Below, one piece after another: positions 1 through 8,842 of a DNA stretch of 64,000 nt. Origin of the DNA: an uncultured Pseudomonadota bacterium (lineage in GTDB: Bacteria; Babelota; Babeliae; Babelales; RVW-14). Positions within the stretch are counted from its first letter, which is position 1. Every line of letters starts with the position of its first letter. The notes under the pieces are model-generated. The model searched no databases. It saw only the letters and a program-made list of their open reading frames with translations, and was not told the origin of the DNA. The position numbers were made by a program, and so were the translations under genes. The stretch covers positions 72,627-136,626 of the forward strand of contig CAZHRK010000003.1 in the NCBI GenBank assembly GCA_964534555.1, written 5' to 3'.

Positions 1-105
1 CGCCCGCGTAGAGCTCCTGCAGCAGTTGGCGCACCAGCGTCTATGCCAGGTGGAGAGATTGCGCTTAAAGATGAAGCACCATTTGAAGACGATCTTCCGT
101 TCTAA
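1..105 (+). CDS. ssb: 3' end of a single-stranded DNA-binding protein gene (partial, runs off the left edge)
   Basis: Frame 1 is open from base 1 to TAA at 103-105. It ends ...EAPFEDDLPF*, the acidic DDxPF tip typical of bacterial SSB C-termini, after a Gly/Pro/Ala-rich linker. Only 34 codons are visible. Confidence 0.55.
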   Translation, partial: RPRRAPAAVGAPASMPGGEIALKDEAPFEDDLPF

Positions 106-128
106 TATAGATGTGTAAACATAAAAAA

Positions 129-158
129 GGCCCCCGGAAATTTCCGGGGGCCTTTTTT
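129..158. terminator. Bidirectional rho-independent terminator between ssb (+) and the giant gene (-)
   Basis: Perfect GC-rich palindrome ggcccccggaaa/tttccgggggcc (129-152), with an A-run upstream and a T-run downstream. Confidence 0.8.
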
Positions 159-162
159 ATGT

Positions 163-3100
163 TTATTGTGTCGCTAGAGTTTTTGCTTGATCTGCAGAAA
201 TCAGTTTTGTTTTCTGTGCAGCATCACTAATGATTTTCTTTAACTCAGCCAGACGTTTTGTATCAACTGTTTTAATTCTTTCTATTGTTTCACTCAGGGC
301 CTTGCTTGCAATAGCCTGAGCATTCGCATCAAGTCCCTTGGCAACAGCCCATGTTGCAAGGCCTTGTGTAGCTTTAATAATATCATCAGCCGTTTGTGCT
401 CGTTTTATCTTGCTAATATTATCTGTTAGCCCTTGCATGATAACAGCAGATGTCGATACGCCTGCAGCTCTGCTTGGTTTTGCCGCACTGGTATCTATTT
501 TAACAACACGGCGGCTTACAGGACGCTGGCTTTGCTCATCAACAACTTTTGGTGCACTGCGTACTGCACTTATTGCTTGTGTTGCACTTGGGCGTGCTAG
601 CGGTTGTATCGCAGCAGTTGTTGAGGTAGCAGTTTCTTTGCTGATTACATTTTTAGTTTGAGCTGTTTTAATAACCTGCATTACAGCGTTTACTTTAGCA
701 AGGTCTCCCTGCTTTAGTTGTTTGCTGAGCGCATTAATACGCGTTTCAATTTGTGCTTTTTCTTCTGGGCTTAATGAGCTTGCATTAGGTGCATTAAGGA
801 GTTTTGTTAATGCATCGATTTCTTCCCATACAGGGTCGGTTGGTTTTTGTGGTGCTTGTTGTGCTGGGCCTGCTTTAGTAATCTCGGCTTTCATAGCTGC
901 TGCTTCACTTGCGCTGAGTGTTCCTGTCGCAACCAGTATGTCAATCGTTGCAAGAAGCTCATCGCGATCGGATGCACTTAATGTTTTTACGCTGCGAATG
1001 GTATCATTTAACGCATCCACAACTTCTTGTTTTTCTTTACCAGCAAGTGGTGCCTTGAGCTTCTGGCCCATTCCTTTTAGCAATTTTATACGACGTGATT
1101 TATTTGTCGTTTTCTTCATTTTGCTAATATTGCCTGGTGTTGGCTCTGTTTCTTCTTCTTTAATTAATCCGCCTGAACGAGGCTGATTGCCGGCTGATAA
1201 ATCATTAATATCAGTATCAGTTAACCCTGCAAGGCCTTTAGTCGTTATTATTTTTTGGCCGCGGGCTTTTTTAATAAGGCCGCCAAGGCGTTTTTTCTCT
1301 TCGATTGTTAGATCAGATTCATCTGCAATAACTGAAGCAAGAAGCTCATCAAGTGCTGCTTGTGTTGCGGCATCTGGTACTTTGCCCCCAAGCTTGTTAA
1401 TAAATGTTTCAAGAGCTGTAAGCTTGTTTTGCGGCGTTGCTGAGTCTTGTGTTTTTTTGATGTTTTCTGCTGTTGGCTCAGATGCTTGGCGTAGCGCTTC
1501 ATTAATCAACGGTGTTACTTTTGATGACAATGATACTTTTTGATCTTTGTTTAAAAGGCCTGTGTTGGTTGCTTTTTGTATGATTTCATTTAGCTCACTA
1601 AGGCTACCAGCATCAGCACCAAGATTGTCTTTAACGATTGTTTCGAGTAAGGTGCTAAAAGATTTTTGCACATCAGCGTCAATTACCCCTGTGCCTGCAC
1701 GTTTAATAAGGTCTTTGATTTTTTGTTTTTTAACAACAGGATCAGTTTCGTTATTAATATCATCAATATCAGCTTGACTAACTTTCGCTGCGGTGCCAGC
1801 TTGGCCAGAAGATTTAGCGCCCTTAGGCTTACCGCCCGTTGCAATCGCTTCATCGAGTGAGGAATCAATATCATCAATAGTTGAAGCTTTACCAGGTGGG
1901 ATGATACCAGTCTTCTTAGCTTTTTTAACGATGTTGCTTAGTGTTTTAATAGTCTCAGGATCCATGTCTTGGCCCTGAGCAGCAAGGTCAGCAAGTGCAT
2001 CTGCAAGTTCGTTTTGTTCCTCAGGAGAGAGGGCGCCGGTAGCGGCTTTATCAACAAGGGCTTGTAGCTTTTTGACCTTGTCTTTAACTGAGCCCTTAGC
2101 GTTTTTGATAGCTTTAATATTGTCTGCGGTTGGCTCAGTAGGAAGCGTATCAATCACATCAGCGTCAGCTTTAGCTTTAGTGATTTTAACTTTGATAGTT
2201 TTATTAACATACTCTTTTTGCGCATCGCTTAGCGCGCCGCTGTCATCAGCGTCTTGTAGAAGCTGCTCAAAAGCAATAAGTTCATCTTTGCTCATCTTAT
2301 CAATGTTTTTAGACATTTTATCGATCTGAGCAGCGATAGCGTTTTTAGTAGCAGCATCAAGATTTTTATCTTTAGCTTTACCGATGATATTTTTCAGAAT
2401 AGCGATTTGCTCTGTTGTTGGTGCAGCATCAGCTTTTTTGACATCGTCCTGAGCTTTTTTGTTTTCAGCAGGGGTGGCAGGAGTTGTCGGTGTTTTACCT
2501 TTAGTGCCAGCTTGGCCAGAAGATTTAGCGCCCTTAGGCTTACCACCTGTTGCAATCGCTTCATCGAGTGAGGAATCAATATCATCAATAGTTGAAGCTT
2601 TACCAGGTGGGATGATACCAGTCTTCTTAGCTTTTTTAACGATGTTGCTTAGTGTTTTAATAGTCTCAGGATCCATGTCTTGGCCCTGAGCAGCAAGGTC
2701 AGCAAGTGCATCTGCAAGTTCGTTTTGTTCCTCAGGAGAGAGGGCGCCGGTAGCGGCTTTATCAACAAGGGCTTGTAGCTTTTTGACCTTGTCTTTAACT
2801 GAGCCCTTAGCGTTTTTGATAGCTTTAATATTGTCTGCGGTTGGCTCAGTAGGAAGCGTATCAATCACATCAGCGTCAGCTTTAGCTTTAGTGATTTTAA
2901 CTTTGATAGTTTTATTAACATACTCTTTTTGCGCATCGCTTAGCGCGCCGCTGTCATCAGCGTCTTGTAGAAGCTGCTCAAAAGCAATAAGTTCATCTTT
3001 GCTCATCTTATCAATGTTTTTAGACATTTTATCGATCTGAGCAGCGATAGCGTTTTTAGTAGCAGCATCAAGATTTTTATCTTTAGCTTTACCGATGATA

Positions 3101-6100
3101 TTTTTCAGAATAGCGATTTGCTCTGTTGTTGGTGCAGCATCAGCTTTTTTGACATCGTCCTGAGCTTTTTTGTTTTCAGCAGGGGTGGCAGGAGTTGTCG
3201 GTGTTTTACCTTTAGTGCCAGCTTGGCCAGAAGATTTAGCGCCCTTAGGCTTACCACCTGTTGCAATCGCTTCATCGAGTGAGGAATCAATATCATCAAT
3301 AGTTGAAGCTTTACCAGGTGGGATGATACCAGTCTTCTTAGCTTTTTTAACGATGTTGCTTAGTGTTTTAATAGTCTCAGGATCCATGTCTTGGCCCTGA
3401 GCAGCAAGGTCAGCAAGTGCATCTGCAAGTTCGTTTTGTTCCTCAGGAGAGAGGGCGCCGGTAGCGGCTTTATCAACAAGGGCTTGTAGCTTTTTGACCT
3501 TGTCTTTAACTGAGCCCTTAGCGTTTTTGATAGCTTTAATATTGTCTGCGGTTGGCTCAGTAGGAAGCGCGGAGATATCTTCTGTTGTTACGCCTTGCTG
3601 CTGTTTACCCTTGCCACCTTTTTTGCCAGGGGAGCTTGCGCTCCCCTTTGCATCTTTAGCCTGGCTTGGTTGTTGTCCGCTATCGTTTGATGGGCTGCTT
3701 ACTTGCGGGCTGCTTTTTTGCTGGTTGGGGTTTTGATTGCTGGACTTTTTTTTTTCGCCCCCTGTTTTGGAGCCCGTCTTTGCTGTTGTTGTGTCTGTTG
3801 GCGTTGTGCTATCAGGAGCTTGCGGTTTGCTTGTGCCTGATGCTGGAGTTGTAGTTTTGCCTTTTGCTGGCTTAGCTTGTTTTTCTTGTTTTTTAGCTGC
3901 TGGCGCAGATGTTTGTTGTCCGCCTGTTGATGCTGGTGCGCTTGATCCTTTGCCTTGTGCTGCTCTTGATGGATCAAGGTCAAGCAAGATACTCTCAATT
4001 TGTTTGCTCATGCTGCCGCCCAAGCTGCTTGTTTGCGCGCTTGAGATGAATCGTATGATCTCTGCTTTGTCGCTTGCGCTTGCTGATTTACCTTTGGCAG
4101 CCATGTCTCTTAATGCTTTGATAAATGCTTCTTGATCAGCTTTGTTTGTTGAAGCTTTTCCTGCAGTACTTGTAAGCAGTGTCATTTGTGACTTGAGATC
4201 GCTTACTTGTAGAGCATTAAATATCTCTCTTTGAATCGAGCTTTCAACGATGCTGATTCCTTGGTCACTCAGCATTTGTTTAACTTGTTGCTGCTGGATT
4301 GCATTAAGAATAGATATGTTGATACATGATCTTAGGAATGTAATTACGCTATCAGAACGTTTAACAGATTTGTCTGAATCACCATACACAGCTTGTACAA
4401 GTTTGAAGAACAATCCGTACGTAATCTCATCAAAGCGCTGAGAATCAGGAATGATACGTACAATATTACGTGCTAATGAAAGTTGCTGATCACCAAATGC
4501 TGCAAGTGCATTTGAAATACGCTTATCAATATCAATAACATCGCCATACTCTGGAATTATCTGTCTTTGTGCTGCGCTGAGCAGTGGGGTGTCTTCAGCT
4601 GAGACGAGCAAAAACTCAAGGTTTGCAACTACATCAAGAGAAGAGCTTGTCAGCGAGTATGCCTCTGTTCGTGTTGCTACGAGTTGTACAACTGCATTAT
4701 AGAACAGTGTTTGCAGGCGATTGCCAACAACAACAATGTCATCAAACTCTGCCATGATATCAAGCATAGCTTCTATGCGCGCGTTGTAATCGCTAAGAGC
4801 AAGTGCTGCAAGGATCATAACTTCAACGCGTACTGTTATTGCCATTGATTTTGCATAATCTTGTTGAGCCTTGCTCAGGAGGGATGACGTGCTTGCAGCA
4901 TCAAGTACATCAAGGAGCGCTCTATTTGTATCAAGGCTTTCTCCTTCGCGAGCATCAAATGTTGCAACAAGTCCATCTCGTGCAAATAAGTTTTGAACTT
5001 CAGCAGAGAACATGACTGTCTTGGTTGCGCTTACCTGTGCAAGCGCAGCAACGTCACTTAAGATCGCGCTGAACTCTTTAAGTCGTGCGTTGTAATCAGA
5101 AATTGCAATAGCAGATCTGATGCGCGCAAGAAACTTAAGTGAGTTAATTTCGCCTTGAACTGTCGGAAGGCTTACAGACGTAATAACGCCTTTAGCTGAT
5201 TCATTTAAAAGTCCTACTTCTGCAGCATCAGCGCTATCAAGTAATGTTACAAGAATACCAAGCTGGTCAACATCTGTTTTGCTTCGTTTTGTATACACTT
5301 GATTGAGTGCAGTGTTGAAAAGACCTTGAATATTTGCAGCAACGCGCGCTGTTCTGAATGTCGTTAAGATGTCGTTCACTTCGCCAAGCTGCGATGTATA
5401 GTCTTTCATCGCTATTACAGCATTAAGTCTTCGTACGAGGCTGAGGTTTGCAAGTTCACCTTCAACCGTTGGTGTGTATGTTGTTCTAACGGCATCTTGT
5501 GATGCTGAATTAAGAAGAGGTGAGGTGCTTGCTGAGCGCAGGAGCTGGAGCAGCGCTGTAAGTTGTTTTTCATTTGTTGATTGGCGGCCAATAAAACAGC
5601 TATTCAGAACACGCATGAGCGCGCTTGATACATCGCCAACTGTTAGATCAAGATTTGACTGTGCGTATTTAATCACAATATTAAGAGCTGAGCTAATACG
5701 CGCATCAATGTTTCCAATTCTCTCAGCTGCTGCAATTTCCGCTAGTGCTGCGAGTGTAAATAACTCTTTATCAATTTGTGTTGTCCATGTTGTCATTGTT
5801 GCTTTTTGTTCAGCAGTAAACAGTGCCTTGCTTTGCGCCTTAGTGATTGTTGCTTTGATTTTTGTTAATCCATCAATCGTTTTTGTTCTGCTGTCGTATT
5901 GCTTTTTAAGCGCCTCAAAAAGGCTATTACGTGTTGCTTCGTCAACTTGGCTTGGGTCAAGGTCAAGAAGATCATCAATGCTTGCAGGGGCTCCATCTGT
6001 TCCTGTTTTGCCCGTGATGGCATCTTGAATGCGGGCTTTATTGATCTCTTTTTGTAATGTTGGAATCCAATCATCACGCATAATGTCATTTACAAAGCGT

Positions 6101-8088
6101 CCACCATCTTGAACAGCTCTTAGTTGGTTGCTTGAAAGCCAGCTTTGAATTAGATCAAGTAAGTTTTGTAGCGCGGCGGTGTTTGATGCGTCTCGACCAT
6201 TGTACATTTTCTTAAGGCCATCCCAGACATTTTTTGCTTGTTCTGCAGTTAGTGTTTGTCCTGCAACAGGGCGCGGGAAGCCATTTGGATTTTTTGGGTC
6301 TGCGCTTGCAATTTTTGTTAAGAGATCAAGTTCGCGTGCAATTTGTGGTAACCATGTGCCAACAATTGTTGCATGGTGTGTTTGAATAAGTTTGCGTGGT
6401 GTTGACCATAATTCCAGAAGTCCACGTAGGCTCGTTAGGCTATCAATTGATAACGAGTTACGTTTGTCATAACGATCTTTGAGTTGGCTGAAAACCATAT
6501 TAGAAAGCGCAACATCAGCAGGATTGTTTTGATCAAGCGCTGGATTAAATGCCGCACCAGGACCTGCATCAATATCTACAGATCCGCTTTTAACAAGCTG
6601 AAGCTTTGCAATTTCTGCATTAACAGTTGGCACCCATGTGCTGTTTATCGTGCTGTTTTGTCCTGAGGTCAGTTTGCCACTACGTGACCAGCTGGTAAGG
6701 TACGCAACAAGATCTTGGAGGAATTTAATTTTTTCATCGTTACCGGTTAGGCCAGCTACTGCAGCTGTTCTACCATTGTAACGTGCTTGTAGCAGCGCGA
6801 AAATTTGGCTTTGAAGTTGTGGCGTAAGAGGGCTTGGGGTATCCTCTGGTGCTATGTCTCCGCCTGCTCCTGTGCCGCTTCCACCTGTTGAAAGGTCATT
6901 AATCTTTTTTTCTAAAATTGTACCAGCAAGACTGTTGAGCCATGATGCAATTGTTGCGCGCTGTGTTTCTGTTAATTTTCCACCAGAGCTATTGTCATAC
7001 CAATTTTTTAGAATGTCTCGCATTGTCTCTAGCTCAGTGATCGCAAGTGTTGAGGCTGTGCTGTAGTAGTTTGACAAGCTTTGCATGATTTGTCCTTGCA
7101 GGCGCGCTTGATGGCTGACTGCTGAGGATTTACCACTGTCGTCAAGGATAGGTGATGTTGTTACAGAGACAACATCAGTGCATGAGCTAAGTTGTGCTGT
7201 GATTGAGGTTGGTACCGTCACAGAGGTTGTTGTAACTGTTGAAATAATTGGATCAATAAGCTGCTTAAGGCGCGCAAGGAAGATTCGCTGTGTTTCGTTT
7301 GGTACTGTAATGGTTGTTCTTAGCCCACCGAGTGCGCTGATTGTTGTTGCGCTTAAAATGCTTGATTCAAGATCAACAATAGCTATAAATGTTGCGAGTT
7401 GTGATTTGTATGAAGAATCAGTTACAAGTGGTGAGTTAGACGCTGTTGTAAAAATAGCTTTTACAGTAGCAAGTGATGTCAGTGTTGGAATTGTTACGGC
7501 GCCAGTCGATGTGCTACTTACTCGTTGTGCAAATACTTTAAGTAAGTTTGTGTAAAATATTTTTTTAATCGCATCTGTAAACGTTACTGTTGTCGTTGTT
7601 GTAAGGTTTCCAGCTTGTTGCAGTAGCAGTCTAATATTGCTGAGCGTTTGAGTCGTGAACCCAGATGTCCCCATGCTAAATATTTTTGTTTCAATAGAAA
7701 GCATGCTATTCATGCTTTTAATAACATTATCATAGCTACTATTGCTCGACATTGTGTCTTTTTGGATAAGAACAGCAATAATACTATTAAGGTTATCTGC
7801 AGCTGTGCTGCCTGAAGCATCACTTTCAGCGTACGCTGTTATACGGTCTGAAAAGAGCTTAGTGATGGCGCTGTAAACGCTTTCGATATCACTTCCTGCT
7901 ATTGTATCGGCAAAAGTGATCGCTTCGTTTACTTGATTCAGCCTGTCTACGTATGAGCTTGCACCCATAGCAGCGGTGATTTGACTACTCAATGATGCTG
8001 CATGCGCAGAGGAGCACCAAAACAGTGCTGCTGTCATCGCGCAGCTTATTAAGGTTTTGATTCCTGTAATACGTTTAAATAGGCTCAT
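163..8088 (-). CDS. Giant secreted alpha-helical repeat protein (about 2,640 aa), function unknown
   Basis: Uninterrupted ORF 163-8118. The ATG at 8088 (MSLFKRITGIKTLISCAMTAALFWCSSAHA...) follows GGAGACGGAGA and gives a classical signal peptide, so I prefer it to the 8118 start. Composition is Ala/Lys/Thr/Asp-rich with several internal repeat families. Confidence 0.85.
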   Translation of the reverse strand: MSLFKRITGIKTLISCAMTAALFWCSSAHAASLSSQITAAMGASSYVDRLNQVNEAITFADTIAGSDIESVYSAITKLFSDRITAYAESDASGSTAADNLNSIIAVLIQKDTMSSNSSYDNVIKSMNSMLSIETKIFSMGTSGFTTQTLSNIRLLLQQAGNLTTTTTVTFTDAIKKIFYTNLLKVFAQRVSSTSTGAVTIPTLTSLATVKAIFTTASNSPLVTDSSYKSQLATFIAIVDLESSILSATTISALGGLRTTITVPNETQRIFLARLKQLIDPIISTVTTTSVTVPTSITAQLSSCTDVVSVTTSPILDDSGKSSAVSHQARLQGQIMQSLSNYYSTASTLAITELETMRDILKNWYDNSSGGKLTETQRATIASWLNSLAGTILEKKINDLSTGGSGTGAGGDIAPEDTPSPLTPQLQSQIFALLQARYNGRTAAVAGLTGNDEKIKFLQDLVAYLTSWSRSGKLTSGQNSTINSTWVPTVNAEIAKLQLVKSGSVDIDAGPGAAFNPALDQNNPADVALSNMVFSQLKDRYDKRNSLSIDSLTSLRGLLELWSTPRKLIQTHHATIVGTWLPQIARELDLLTKIASADPKNPNGFPRPVAGQTLTAEQAKNVWDGLKKMYNGRDASNTAALQNLLDLIQSWLSSNQLRAVQDGGRFVNDIMRDDWIPTLQKEINKARIQDAITGKTGTDGAPASIDDLLDLDPSQVDEATRNSLFEALKKQYDSRTKTIDGLTKIKATITKAQSKALFTAEQKATMTTWTTQIDKELFTLAALAEIAAAERIGNIDARISSALNIVIKYAQSNLDLTVGDVSSALMRVLNSCFIGRQSTNEKQLTALLQLLRSASTSPLLNSASQDAVRTTYTPTVEGELANLSLVRRLNAVIAMKDYTSQLGEVNDILTTFRTARVAANIQGLFNTALNQVYTKRSKTDVDQLGILVTLLDSADAAEVGLLNESAKGVITSVSLPTVQGEINSLKFLARIRSAIAISDYNARLKEFSAILSDVAALAQVSATKTVMFSAEVQNLFARDGLVATFDAREGESLDTNRALLDVLDAASTSSLLSKAQQDYAKSMAITVRVEVMILAALALSDYNARIEAMLDIMAEFDDIVVVGNRLQTLFYNAVVQLVATRTEAYSLTSSSLDVVANLEFLLVSAEDTPLLSAAQRQIIPEYGDVIDIDKRISNALAAFGDQQLSLARNIVRIIPDSQRFDEITYGLFFKLVQAVYGDSDKSVKRSDSVITFLRSCINISILNAIQQQQVKQMLSDQGISIVESSIQREIFNALQVSDLKSQMTLLTSTAGKASTNKADQEAFIKALRDMAAKGKSASASDKAEIIRFISSAQTSSLGGSMSKQIESILLDLDPSRAAQGKGSSAPASTGGQQTSAPAAKKQEKQAKPAKGKTTTPASGTSKPQAPDSTTPTDTTTAKTGSKTGGEKKKSSNQNPNQQKSSPQVSSPSNDSGQQPSQAKDAKGSASSPGKKGGKGKQQQGVTTEDISALPTEPTADNIKAIKNAKGSVKDKVKKLQALVDKAATGALSPEEQNELADALADLAAQGQDMDPETIKTLSNIVKKAKKTGIIPPGKASTIDDIDSSLDEAIATGGKPKGAKSSGQAGTKGKTPTTPATPAENKKAQDDVKKADAAPTTEQIAILKNIIGKAKDKNLDAATKNAIAAQIDKMSKNIDKMSKDELIAFEQLLQDADDSGALSDAQKEYVNKTIKVKITKAKADADVIDTLPTEPTADNIKAIKNAKGSVKDKVKKLQALVDKAATGALSPEEQNELADALADLAAQGQDMDPETIKTLSNIVKKAKKTGIIPPGKASTIDDIDSSLDEAIATGGKPKGAKSSGQAGTKGKTPTTPATPAENKKAQDDVKKADAAPTTEQIAILKNIIGKAKDKNLDAATKNAIAAQIDKMSKNIDKMSKDELIAFEQLLQDADDSGALSDAQKEYVNKTIKVKITKAKADADVIDTLPTEPTADNIKAIKNAKGSVKDKVKKLQALVDKAATGALSPEEQNELADALADLAAQGQDMDPETIKTLSNIVKKAKKTGIIPPGKASTIDDIDSSLDEAIATGGKPKGAKSSGQAGTAAKVSQADIDDINNETDPVVKKQKIKDLIKRAGTGVIDADVQKSFSTLLETIVKDNLGADAGSLSELNEIIQKATNTGLLNKDQKVSLSSKVTPLINEALRQASEPTAENIKKTQDSATPQNKLTALETFINKLGGKVPDAATQAALDELLASVIADESDLTIEEKKRLGGLIKKARGQKIITTKGLAGLTDTDINDLSAGNQPRSGGLIKEEETEPTPGNISKMKKTTNKSRRIKLLKGMGQKLKAPLAGKEKQEVVDALNDTIRSVKTLSASDRDELLATIDILVATGTLSASEAAAMKAEITKAGPAQQAPQKPTDPVWEEIDALTKLLNAPNASSLSPEEKAQIETRINALSKQLKQGDLAKVNAVMQVIKTAQTKNVISKETATSTTAAIQPLARPSATQAISAVRSAPKVVDEQSQRPVSRRVVKIDTSAAKPSRAAGVSTSAVIMQGLTDNISKIKRAQTADDIIKATQGLATWAVAKGLDANAQAIASKALSETIERIKTVDTKRLAELKKIISDAAQKTKLISADQAKTLATQ
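1793..3569 (-). repeat. 2.5 copies of a near-identical 711-bp in-frame tandem repeat (237 aa per unit) inside the giant gene
   Basis: The anchor gtgccagcttggccagaag occurs at 1793 and 2504, an offset of 711. The right boundary ggaagcg ends at 2858 and 3569. Antisense ORFs in the track repeat identically at 711-bp offsets (1683/2394/3105 and 2072/2783/3494). Confidence 0.95.
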
Positions 8089-8225
8089 TCTCCGTCTCCT
8101 CGGGGCTGAAAACGTCATTATTTAAGATCCAATAAATAGTTACAGAGTGTACGCCTTATGATCAAGAGTTATAAAAGCTCATTTGTTGCACACGCGTACA
8201 CGATGACCTACCCTAGACAAAAAGT

Positions 8226-8239
8226 TTGATGCGCATCAA
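8226..8239. promoter_or_regulatory. Perfect 14-bp palindrome TTGATGCGCATCAA upstream of the nitroreductase gene (candidate operator)
   Basis: Read directly from the sequence. It ends 27 nt before the ATG at 8267, inside the divergent intergenic region. Confidence 0.3.
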
Positions 8240-8266
8240 GACATTAGAAAGTATGAAAGGTAAGTT

Positions 8267-8839
8267 ATGAGCTTTGTTCGTTTAAAAGAATATGACGTTG
8301 CGGATGTTTTTATTAATAGATGGTCGCCACGCGCGTTTATCCCAACTGAGCTGAGTAAAGACCAGCTTAAAAAACTTTTTGAGGCGGCTCGTTGGGCTCC
8401 ATCTGCATATAATAATCAGCCATGGCGATTTGTTTATGCAACTCGAGGTGCAGCTTCTTGGCAGAGCTTTGTTGATCTACTAGTTCCTTTTAATCAGCTT
8501 TGGGCGTCAAATACATCAGTTTTGGTTATTATGTGTGCCCGCCAAACTTTTGAATATAATAATGAGCCGAGCAAGACTCATGCTTTTGACACTGGAGCTG
8601 CATGGATGAGCCTTGCTCTCCAGGCCCAGATGATGGGTCTTGCTGCGCATGGTATGCAGGGTTTTGACTATGAAAAAGCAGCAAAGCTTATTAACTTACC
8701 TGCTGATCATGTTGTCCTTGCAATGTGTGCTATAGGTGTCCCTGGTGATGCTGCAACCTTGCCGCCAGAGATGAAGGAAAAAGAGTTTCCGAGTGAGCGT
8801 AAGCTTCAGAATGAGCGATTTTTTGAGGGGAGTTTCTAA
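8267..8839 (+). CDS. Nitroreductase-family flavoprotein
   Basis: 190 aa. RWSPRAF...AARWAPSAYNNQPWRF is the typical N-terminal nitroreductase signature. Confidence 0.8.
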   Translation: MSFVRLKEYDVADVFINRWSPRAFIPTELSKDQLKKLFEAARWAPSAYNNQPWRFVYATRGAASWQSFVDLLVPFNQLWASNTSVLVIMCARQTFEYNNEPSKTHAFDTGAAWMSLALQAQMMGLAAHGMQGFDYEKAAKLINLPADHVVLAMCAIGVPGDAATLPPEMKEKEFPSERKLQNERFFEGSF

Positions 8840-8842
8840 ATC

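Noticed and set aside
1793-3569. The possibility that the regular repeats represent a CRISPR array or a mobile-element terminal repeat.
   Set aside because: The units are 711 bp, directly abutting with no spacers, in frame and fully coding within one ORF. No cas, transposase or integrase genes occur in the window.
338-7555. About 25 plus-strand and out-of-frame ORFs of 60-184 aa listed by the track inside the giant gene, for example 5474-6028, 3737-4135 and 7178-7555.
   Set aside because: They lie antisense or out of frame to one uninterrupted 7.9-kb reading frame. Their translations are low-complexity Ser/Leu/Ala/Cys strings, several simply repeat with the 711-bp period, and none has start signals. 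They are shadow ORFs caused by the biased codon composition of the giant gene.
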